Assembly (NCBI GenBank): GCA_963847445.1 | Contig: CAWJZV010000024.1 | Location: forward strand, 96,001 to 160,000 | Direction: 5' to 3' | DNA length: 64,000 nucleotides | From: an uncultured delta proteobacterium | GTDB lineage: Bacteria; Desulfobacterota; Binatia; UBA9968 | Program-made: the position numbers and the translations under genes | Notes under the pieces: model-generated | What the model was told of the DNA's origin: nothing | What the model saw: the letters and a program-made list of their open reading frames with translations, nothing else | Database searches by the model: none | Shown here: positions 56,077-64,000 of the stretch, piece after piece | Layout: every line of letters starts with the position of its first letter | How positions within the stretch are numbered: the first letter of the stretch is position 1

Positions 56077-56146
56077 CACCACGAAGGACACGACGGGTTG
56101 GGATAACCAAGTCTCCGAACTTCGCGCCCTTCGTGCCTTCGTGGTG
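56077..56146. repeat. Unoccupied CACCACGAAG...CTTCGTGGTG inverted repeat
   Basis: caccacgaaggacacgacg...cttcgcgcccttcgtgccttcgtggtg; similar unit near 55364-55432. Confidence 0.75.
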
Positions 56147-56201
56147 AACAAACTCAACGTAACGAAGCCAGGCCACCCACAAAGAACCTAGAAAGGTAAA
56201 T

Positions 56202-56741
56202 ATGAGCAAACTACCCAACGCGACACGCGACGGACTTTCGCCAGAGCAGCTGAAAATTTGGGACCATGTCTTCGAGGGGCGCACCGGCGGCGGCGGTCCA
56301 TACTCGATGCTGATGCACTCGCCAGAGATGGCACAGCACTTCGCCGCCACCGAAGACTACTTTCGCAACCATTCGCTTCTGCCCGATGCCGACCGCGAGA
56401 TCATCATCCTCACCGCCGCCCGCGAAGTAAGCGCCCACTACGCCTGGACGCGCCACGAAATCCGCGCTCACAAAGTCGGCATCATGCCGGAAACGATCGA
56501 AGCGCTACGCGCCCATGCCGACGCCGACAAGTTCACCGGCAAAGAAAGACTGCTGGTGGAATTTACCCGCACGTTGATGAACCAACATGAGCTTCCCGAC
56601 GAACTGTTCGAACGGATGGAGAAGGAATTCGGCAAAGCAAAATTTATCGAAGCCGTCGGCCTGCTCGGCCACTACATCACCATCGGCACAGTGATAAGAA
56701 TGTTCGACGTAAAACCGCCGGCGGGAAGTAAGACCTTCTAA
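56202..56741 (+). CDS. Carboxymuconolactone decarboxylase/AhpD-like protein, paralog 2
   Basis: Same length (179 aa) and motifs as 55500-56039. Confidence 0.8.
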   Translation: MSKLPNATRDGLSPEQLKIWDHVFEGRTGGGGPYSMLMHSPEMAQHFAATEDYFRNHSLLPDADREIIILTAAREVSAHYAWTRHEIRAHKVGIMPETIEALRAHADADKFTGKERLLVEFTRTLMNQHELPDELFERMEKEFGKAKFIEAVGLLGHYITIGTVIRMFDVKPPAGSKTF

Positions 56742-56883
56742 GAACGCCGCAGAAACAACTCAGTCATACCGGCGAAGGCCGGTATCCAGACCCTTCTTCC
56801 GCGTGGATACCGTTCTTCAACGGTATGACCGACGCTGTCCGTCACCTGATTCCCGCGTGCGCGGGAATGACGAATTTACGTCT

Positions 56884-57873
56884 TCATTTCGCTGGATATC
56901 TCTTACTCAATTCAACAAAGAACCCTTCTTTATCCAATTCGTTCAACACACCGGCATCGTAAAACTGCTCGGGCTTGGCGGTTTTTGCCTGGGGCATCTG
57001 CGGCGCCAGCATGTCGAGGATGAATTGAATTCCTTTCGGCGTGAACGTCGGCTTTCTTGGAATCGTCTTCACATAATTTTGGTAGGAACTCTCCAGCACC
57101 TCGGTGTCGTTGCTGCGCATGTATTTGGCGAATACTTTTTGCGACTCCAGCTTGCGCGCGTAGATGAAATGGATCGACTCCAAGTAGCCCTTCATGACGT
57201 TCTTGACGACATCGCGGCTCCCTTTCAAATACGCTCGCGAAGTCGCCAGGCCGTTACCCTGCACTTCAACGCCGAGATCGGCAATCTGCAGCAAATCGAC
57301 GAAGCCCATCTTGCGCGCGATCGGCGCCGTCGACAGGTTGAAAAAAGACGCGTCCACCGTCCCCGCGCTCATCGCCCCCATGCGCTCGGCATCGGGACCG
57401 CCTGGCACCAGGATCAAGTCCTTGTTTATTTCCAGATTGAGATGTTTAGCGAGAATTTGCGCTGCGTAATGGGTAATCGAGCCAAAGCCGCTGATGGCCA
57501 GCTTCTTACCTTTGAGTTGTTCCAGACTGGTTATGCCGGGCCGGACGAAGACCAACTGATAAAATTTATTCTCCATGCTGGCAACCAAGACCAGATTGTA
57601 ACCGGTCAGATTGGCTTGGATCACAGTACCGACGTTGACCATCGGCGGCTCCCCCGCCGCCAACGCTTGCGTCGCCACCTGCCCACCGCGCAAAAATACC
57701 GGATCGACCTCGACACCATACTTGCGAAATAACCCCTGCTCTTTACCAACCCAGATATGGCTCTGGGTAAACGCCAGGGACGGATAGCCCATGGTGATAC
57801 GTTTCATATCTTGGGCGTCGACGCTCGCGACGGCGGCAATCAATAGAATGAAAAATGCTACTCGTAGCATCAT
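56884..57873 (-). CDS. ABC substrate-binding protein (NMT1/SsuA-like)
   Basis: AGGAGG RBS; IWVGKEQGLFRKYG, LKGKKLAISGFGS. Confidence 0.85.
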   Translation of the reverse strand: MMLRVAFFILLIAAVASVDAQDMKRITMGYPSLAFTQSHIWVGKEQGLFRKYGVEVDPVFLRGGQVATQALAAGEPPMVNVGTVIQANLTGYNLVLVASMENKFYQLVFVRPGITSLEQLKGKKLAISGFGSITHYAAQILAKHLNLEINKDLILVPGGPDAERMGAMSAGTVDASFFNLSTAPIARKMGFVDLLQIADLGVEVQGNGLATSRAYLKGSRDVVKNVMKGYLESIHFIYARKLESQKVFAKYMRSNDTEVLESSYQNYVKTIPRKPTFTPKGIQFILDMLAPQMPQAKTAKPEQFYDAGVLNELDKEGFFVELSKRYPAK

Positions 57874-58048
57874 GCCTCCTGACAACCTGAACCACTCGCG
57901 GCCAACGCCGGCGGCGGAGACTGAGCCAATCGCGAATTCCGTCATACCGGCGTAGGCCGGTATCCAGATTCGGTTTCCGAACCCCGCCGCGCCTGGATGC
58001 CGGCCTGCGCCGGCATGACAAACCTTGGCCGCAACTGATCAGTCAGAA

Positions 58049-59241
58049 CTAACCGATCGCCACCAGCCCCGGCTCGCGCTCGAACAACGACTCGCAGCCG
58101 TTGCAGTGACAATCACCGGCCCGCCTAAAGTAAACGACATCCTACCATCGGCGGATCGCGCCATCGGCTTCCAGACAAAGGCGTTGTTCTTCTTCCATCG
58201 CCAAATCGCGGGCACGGTCACTTTTCGTTCGAAGCGTGAACAGCGGCCCGTCGTCGCCATAGCCGCAGCCATGCATTTGCAGAATCGTTCGCATGCCGCT
58301 TTTCGAGCCGAAGCCGTTGACGAAATCTTCCAGCGCGCCGAAGGTCAGCCGCGGTTTAATCATCTGCAAGCCGATTTCGTAAACTTCGCGCTGCAATGCG
58401 ACCACTGCTTTCCAAGCCTCGGGAATCTTGCCGAGCAACACCGGCTGGCACACCTGGGTCAATTGCGCGCCCATGATCGCGTTGATCTCGCTGGTAATCA
58501 GCGCGCCGGCTTCGAGCCTGCGGCCGATGGGCGGGTTGGTGTAGCGCTGCGGCTTCGCCGTGTCGATCGCGTCGATCGTCAGCGTCATCGGAAAGTATTC
58601 GCTGCGCAGCGCCAAGCATCTTGGCCAACACGTCCGAATAAAAGACTCCCGGCATCGACACCCGGACGGGCGAGCCTGATCAGTTCATCCAGACCTGCCG
58701 CCGCCACCTCGGCGGAACGGCGGACAAATTGAATTTCCTCCGCGCTTTTCACATAGCGCACCAGACCGATCACATCCGTGGCGTCTTCGAAACGAGCGTT
58801 GGGCACTTTGCTCATGGCAGTTTCGAGGGCGGTGTGATTGACCACGCCGTCTATAGAATCGCAGTGGGTAACTCTGCCGCCTTTCAAGCCGGCCACGCCG
58901 ATGCGCGCCCGCTCGAAACCCAGGTCGCGCAGCGCTTCGCCCATCGGCTCCGCCCACTCGCGGCCGGTCTGCCAAGGATCGGGCACCCATTCATTGTTCG
59001 ATCGGCGGTCGGCGACGACGATCGGCGCCCGTCCGTCGGTCGGCAGGACCATCGCCGAGCAGCGCAGTTGCGTCATGTAGCGCGCATCGATGCCGTCGCC
59101 GAGAGGTACGAGAATGCAGTCGAAGCCAGCTTGCGCCGCGTTGGCGCGCACCGCATTCCAGCGCCGGTCGCGCTCCGCCAGCGAATAACCATTCCAAACG
59201 AAAACCGTCGCGCCGGATCCCGGCGGCGTAGTCCACGGCAT
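58049..59241 (-). CDS. Atypical M24-fold protein, frameshifts near 58615 and 58190
   Basis: YSLAERDRRW, RYVKSAEEI, MHGCGYGDDGP; paralog of the upstream gene. Confidence 0.75.
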
Positions 59242-59310
59242 AAAAGCTTCCCTTCGGTTCGCCGTTTCGAGTTCTGAGTTAAACCCGAAACTCGAAACCC
59301 AAAACGCATT

Positions 59311-60525
59311 TTAAGTAATCGAGACCATCCCCGGCGTGCGCTGAACCAGCGGCTCCCCACCCTTATCCGTCACCAGCACGCACCCGCCCCAGCTAGTGTC
59401 GAAGGTGCCGTCGGCGCTATGGGCGATCGGTTTTAGAATAAACACGTTGCCCGCCTCGAGCCCGACCTCTCGATTGCGCATGCCGCGGTTTTGCGGCGTG
59501 AACAACGGACCGTCGTCGCCGTAGCCGCGTCCATGCATGAGCAGCTGGCTTTTCATGCCGCGCTTCTCGCCAAAAGTATTAATCAGATCCATGAATTCGG
59601 CGAAGGGGCGCCCCGGCGTGAGATATTCCAGGCCGGCGTAATACATTTCCTTTTGCAGCTCGATGGCCGGCTTCCACGACTCGGGGATGGCACCTAAGAG
59701 AATCGGCTGTTGCTCCTGGGCGATCAGGCCGCCGAACACCGCATCGACTTCGTTGGCAATTTTGTACATCGGCTTAAGCGTGCGCCCTTCCATCGGATCT
59801 TCAAAGCGCGGCAAGCGCCCGCCGCCGTTGGCGCCGCTGTAAAAAGCCATCGGATAGTATTCACTGCCGAGAGAGATCATCCGGTGCATCACCTGCGTGT
59901 ATAGATAACCTTCGTCGACTCCCGGCCGCGCCAACTCGATCATCTTATCGATGCCCGCAGCGGCGATCGCCGCGCCGCGCCGCAGGCAAGCGATCTGTTC
60001 GGCGCTCTTGACGTAACGCGCGTAACCGATCGCCTCAGTGCCGTTTTCAAAACTCGCGTTGGGCAAACGCTTGATCACTTCGGCGTAGGAGTTGTGATTG
60101 ACCACGCCGTGGAACGCGCGCCCATGGGTGTAAAACCCCCGATGGGTGCCGGAGACGCCGATGCGCGCGCGCTCCATGCCGGCGTCGATCAGCGCCTGCG
60201 CCATCGTTTGGCCCCAGGAAACTTGCACCGGGAGAAACTCGGGAATCCACGCGTTGCCGTCTTCCTGGTCGGAAATCACGATTGGCTTGCGGCCATCGGT
60301 GGGCAGAATTACCGCCGCGTTATCGAGCGTAGTCAGAAACCGGCAGTCCGAGCGCGTGCCGCGATGTTGCTCCAAGGACAAATGCAGATTGCGCCCGTCC
60401 ACACATAGCGGTACGAATACACAGTCAAACCCCGCCTTCGCCGCGTTATCGCGCACCCGCTGCCAACGCCAGTCGCGCTCCGCCAAAGAATAGCCGGTCC
60501 ATTTGATATCTGCTGGGGCTTCCAT
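59311..60525 (-). CDS. Atypical M24-fold protein
   Basis: YSLAERDWRW, RYVKSAEQI, MHGRGYGDDGP, VLVTDKGG. Confidence 0.8.
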   Translation of the reverse strand: MEAPADIKWTGYSLAERDWRWQRVRDNAAKAGFDCVFVPLCVDGRNLHLSLEQHRGTRSDCRFLTTLDNAAVILPTDGRKPIVISDQEDGNAWIPEFLPVQVSWGQTMAQALIDAGMERARIGVSGTHRGFYTHGRAFHGVVNHNSYAEVIKRLPNASFENGTEAIGYARYVKSAEQIACLRRGAAIAAAGIDKMIELARPGVDEGYLYTQVMHRMISLGSEYYPMAFYSGANGGGRLPRFEDPMEGRTLKPMYKIANEVDAVFGGLIAQEQQPILLGAIPESWKPAIELQKEMYYAGLEYLTPGRPFAEFMDLINTFGEKRGMKSQLLMHGRGYGDDGPLFTPQNRGMRNREVGLEAGNVFILKPIAHSADGTFDTSWGGCVLVTDKGGEPLVQRTPGMVSIT

Positions 60526-60617
60526 TTACCTGACCCTCACATCTGTTCGCTCGCCGCGTGATCACCGAAACGGACGATTTGAACTGTTTGAACTTTTGAA
60601 CAGATTTTTTCAATGAC

Positions 60618-61592
60618 TCACCGGCGCTGCAACACTTCCGGATTGGCGACGTGAATCGGCTTGCCGGCGAGATACGCCATGATTTGTTCCACCGCCAAGC
60701 CATAGTGAATCTCATAGGTCTCGGCGGTAACGAAGCCCAGATGCGGCGTGCAGATCGCGTTGTCGAGCTTGAGCAGTGGATGATCGGCAGCGAAGATCGG
60801 TTCGTCTTCGTAGACATCGACGGCGGCGAAACCCGGTCGCCCCATTTTTAGGGCATCGACCAGAGCGCCATCTTCGATCAGCTTTGCCCGGCTAGTGTTG
60901 ACCAGCAGCGCCGTCGGCTTCATGCGCGCCAAATCGAACCGAGTGATAATCCCGCGAGTCTCGCGCACCATCGGCAGGTGCAGCGTCAAAATATCCGACT
61001 CGGCAAAAAATTCTTCGCGGCTCGCAGCCACTTCGTAACCCGCAAGCCGCGCCTGCGCCAACGAAGCGCCGCGCCCCCAGCAAAGCACCCGCGCGCCAAA
61101 GGCCTTACCGATATTCGCGACGATGGAACCGATACCGCCGAGGGCATAGACCCCTAACGTCTTGCCGAAGATATCGACACCCACGGTGGACTGCCAGCGT
61201 CCCTGGCGCAGCCCGTGAACTTCTTCGGGTACATGGCGCAGCGCCGCCAGTATCAGCGCCCAGGTTAGCTCGGCGGTGGAATGAGGCCGGCCCTTGCCGC
61301 CGGCGCACACCATCACGCCGCGCTCGGTGCATGATTTGAGATCGATATGGGCGGTCACGCGCCCCGTCTGGCTGATTAGCCGTAAGTTGGGTAACGCCTC
61401 AAGCAACGGACGGCGTATCCATGACCGCTGCTGCGTCAAGACAACGCACTCGGCATCGTGCAGCCGTCCGGCAAGCTGCGCCGGATCCTTCAGCGTATCG
61501 GTGTAAATCTCGACCTCATGGCCGGCAAGCTGGGCGAAGCAGGACATCCGACGGAAGGCATCCTGGTAATCGTCGATAACGGTGATTTTCAT
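60618..61592 (-). CDS. D-2-hydroxyacid dehydrogenase family protein
   Basis: IDDYQ, STAELTW, LGGIG, LVNTSRA, DVYEDEP, TPHLG. Confidence 0.9.
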   Translation of the reverse strand: MKITVIDDYQDAFRRMSCFAQLAGHEVEIYTDTLKDPAQLAGRLHDAECVVLTQQRSWIRRPLLEALPNLRLISQTGRVTAHIDLKSCTERGVMVCAGGKGRPHSTAELTWALILAALRHVPEEVHGLRQGRWQSTVGVDIFGKTLGVYALGGIGSIVANIGKAFGARVLCWGRGASLAQARLAGYEVAASREEFFAESDILTLHLPMVRETRGIITRFDLARMKPTALLVNTSRAKLIEDGALVDALKMGRPGFAAVDVYEDEPIFAADHPLLKLDNAICTPHLGFVTAETYEIHYGLAVEQIMAYLAGKPIHVANPEVLQRR

Positions 61593-61850
61593 TGGCTAGA
61601 TATGGGTTGATTGGTTACAACGCAGAGAAATCCAATGCGCCATGATTACGATACGAACAAGGCTGAATTGTTTCCGAGTTGGGTAAATCTTAGACCGGGA
61701 CAACCACTCCGCCCCCCGGGCGTATGCCATACGCCCCTACATTCGGATGGCCGCTGGGAATTTACTTTGTGCCTTTTGCGTTCTTTGCGGCCATTCATCC
61801 GAATCCGATTTTTTGTGACCTTTGTGTTCTTTGCGGCCAAATATCCTAAC

Positions 61851-62321
61851 TCACTCATCCTCGCCGAGCATCGTGCCGCGGCAGCGCTTGGCGCCGCACA
61901 GACAGGCATGATCGCGCTTGGCTTTCTTGGTGTGTTTCTCGCCGATCTGCAGGTTGTAATCGTAGGCGAGCTCTTCGCCGGCACGAATATCGCGGCGCGC
62001 TTCGATAAACACCCGATGATTTTCTTCCTCGATCTCGCAGTTAGGCGCGCAGGAGTGATTGATCCAGCGCGCCGAATTTCCCCCGCGGGTGGCGTCGATC
62101 ACCAACTCATCGTCGACGGAGAACAGCATCGTGTGCGACGAGTTTTCTTGGAGCCGGCCGAAACGCCGGTCCGCCTCTTTGTCGGTGATCAGCTTGCCTT
62201 TGTACTCGATGATTCGCGTGCCCTTGGCAATCGGCCGCAGCGCGAACACGCCGCGGCCATGGATCGGTGAGTTGCGCACGACGATCCGCCGGAGAACTTT
62301 TTTGGCTTTAGTCTTTTTCAT
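61851..62321 (-). CDS. SET-domain protein-lysine methyltransferase with post-SET motif
   Basis: IHGRGVFA, ARWINHSCAPN, GEELAYDY, CLCGAKRCRG. Confidence 0.9.
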   Translation of the reverse strand: MKKTKAKKVLRRIVVRNSPIHGRGVFALRPIAKGTRIIEYKGKLITDKEADRRFGRLQENSSHTMLFSVDDELVIDATRGGNSARWINHSCAPNCEIEEENHRVFIEARRDIRAGEELAYDYNLQIGEKHTKKAKRDHACLCGAKRCRGTMLGEDE

Positions 62322-62351
62322 ATTTTTAGAATATTGAGGAGGCGCGAACGC

Positions 62352-63783
62352 TCAGTCCTTGTCCATCGATTTGACGAATTGCATCATCCGCTCGGCCGGC
62401 GCCGGGTCCTGATACTGACCGTAGAGCCGTTGGCGCATGCGGTCGACTTCGCCGCTCTGCAAGCGCTCGTAGAGCTGGCTGCGCTTGCCGAACGGCGTCA
62501 TCACCATGTCCGCCGCCACCGCCATCAGGCGCAGGTGCTCTTTGGTATCCGGCGCGCCGCCGCGGAAGTAGCGCTCGACAAACGGCCCGAGGTCGGCGCT
62601 TTTCAAATCCGACGCGCCGCCGCTCAACATCAGCGTGCTGGTTAGCAATCCCTCCATGGTCCGCTCGGCGCGGTCCGACGCTTCGATGCTATGCACCCGA
62701 TAGGCCGCGCTCAACAGCGGCGCCCAGGTGCCGCCGCCGGCGCGGTAGCCTTTCGACTCGCCCACTTGAATGCACGAGCGCAGGATCTCGATATCCTGTA
62801 TCAAGCTCGACAGCAGGATCTGCGACGGCGCGCTGGTGTTGCGCTTGGCATACTGCGTCAAGATCTGCGCCACGCCGAGAAATGCCTCGAGCTTGACCAC
62901 CAGCCGCAGCATCGTCGAGTACTGCCCCCAGGTGTGAATGTACATGATTCCTGAAAGCAGCTGCGGATCTTTGTAGACGAACATGCGCTCCCACGGCACG
63001 ACGACATCGTCGAAGATCAGCGCGGCATCGACTTCGTCGAAGCGCGTGGTCAGCGGCTGGCGCTCGGGATCGGCATGTTCGGCGTAAAGATCGCGGCAGA
63101 GAATTTTTAAGCCCTTGGTGTTCATCGGGATCGCGAAGGCGATGGCGTAATCATACTCGTCCGGTTCCCGCGGCCGGTTCGGATAGACGATCACCTCGTC
63201 GGCGATCGGCGCCAAGGTCGCCAACGTGCGCAAGCCGCGCACCACCGGACCTTCCTTGGTCTCGCCGACGACCCGCAGAGATCAAATCGGGATCGGCCTG
63301 TTTACCCACCGGCTTGGTGCGGTCGTAGTACTGATCGGTCAAGGCGTGAGTGAGGCAGAGGTCGTTGCGGCTGACATAGCGATGATAGGCGCGGGCGTTG
63401 TCGGCCCATTGCTTGTTGGTCTTTTCGATATGATGGGACCAGTCGAGCAGGCCAACCACCAGCTCGGCGACAAACTCCGGGTAGCGCCCCATCTGGCCAA
63501 AGGTCTGCTTCGCCCAGAATTCGATATTGCGCCGCTTGAGCAAAAGCTCGTCGTGATTCTTCGGCGGCAGGTAGCTGTAGGAGATCCGCTCGCCTTCGTA
63601 CTCGCAGGTCATGACATCGCGATGCTCCGGCGCATGCTGCTTGTCGTACAGATCGGCCAGGGTCTTGATCGTGCCGCTGAAGCCGGAATGCGCCGTCACG
63701 TCGGCGATGCGCTTACCCGCGTGCCACACCTCGCGGCCGTCGCGCAGCGCCTTGATATAATCCGCCCCTCGTCTAATGGGCAT
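62352..63783 (-). CDS. 4-hydroxyphenylacetate 3-hydroxylase (HpaB-like) family monooxygenase, frameshift near 63280
   Basis: GADYIKALRDGREVW, GQMGR.P, LATLAP, RFDE.DA..IFDDVVVPWER, LYE. Confidence 0.85.
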
Positions 63784-64000
63784 GAGAAAAAACCTCCAGA
63801 GCCGATATTACTGCTGTTTAAAGCATCAAACTTTATAGCGTTAATCCGACACCGCAAGCAACCGCCTGACACTTGTTGATGAATTCTAAAACCGTTAACA
63901 GCGCTCAGGTTGACAGCCGGCGCGCCAGCAAGTTAAGACCGCGCTAGCACCCGGCTGATCCGACGAATGGGGAGAACGCCATGATCATCAAAGTGCTGAT

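Noticed and set aside
63981-64000. Start of a plus-strand gene (MIIKVL) after a GGAGA RBS
   Set aside because: Only six codons lie in the window, so no product can be assigned

Overview
A 64 kb GC-rich bacterial chromosomal segment. Gene content (many orphan ABC and Bug substrate-binding proteins, orphan xanthine-dehydrogenase-family large subunits, amidohydrolases, UbiD) resembles Candidatus Binatia/Binatota; this taxonomy is inference only. About 20 genes are broken by small indels, consistent with unpolished long-read sequence, so split ORFs are merged below. I found no rRNA, tRNA, CRISPR array or transposase. Main blocks: scattered catabolic enzymes and binding proteins; a 10.6 kb double circularly-permuted ATP-grasp/alpha-E/transglutaminase/DUF2126 locus with a sigma54-type promoter; an ECF sigma/anti-sigma/periplasmic sensor unit driving MacAB-TolC; dnaJ plus a MerR-like gene; a cyanobacterial-type glgC; and a carboxyltransferase-UbiD-gamma-carbonic anhydrase run. 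Most notable: (1) non-coding mini-elements of about 180-245 bp inserted site-specifically into CACCACGAAG intergenic repeats with an AG/CT core duplication, carrying REP hairpins as cargo (IS110-like behaviour); (2) a probable selenoprotein CoA-binding protein with TGA at the conserved Cys plus a SECIS-like hairpin; (3) a Cys-to-Ser transglutaminase in the peptide-ligase locus; (4) a duplicated ECF promoter motif readable directly from the sequence.
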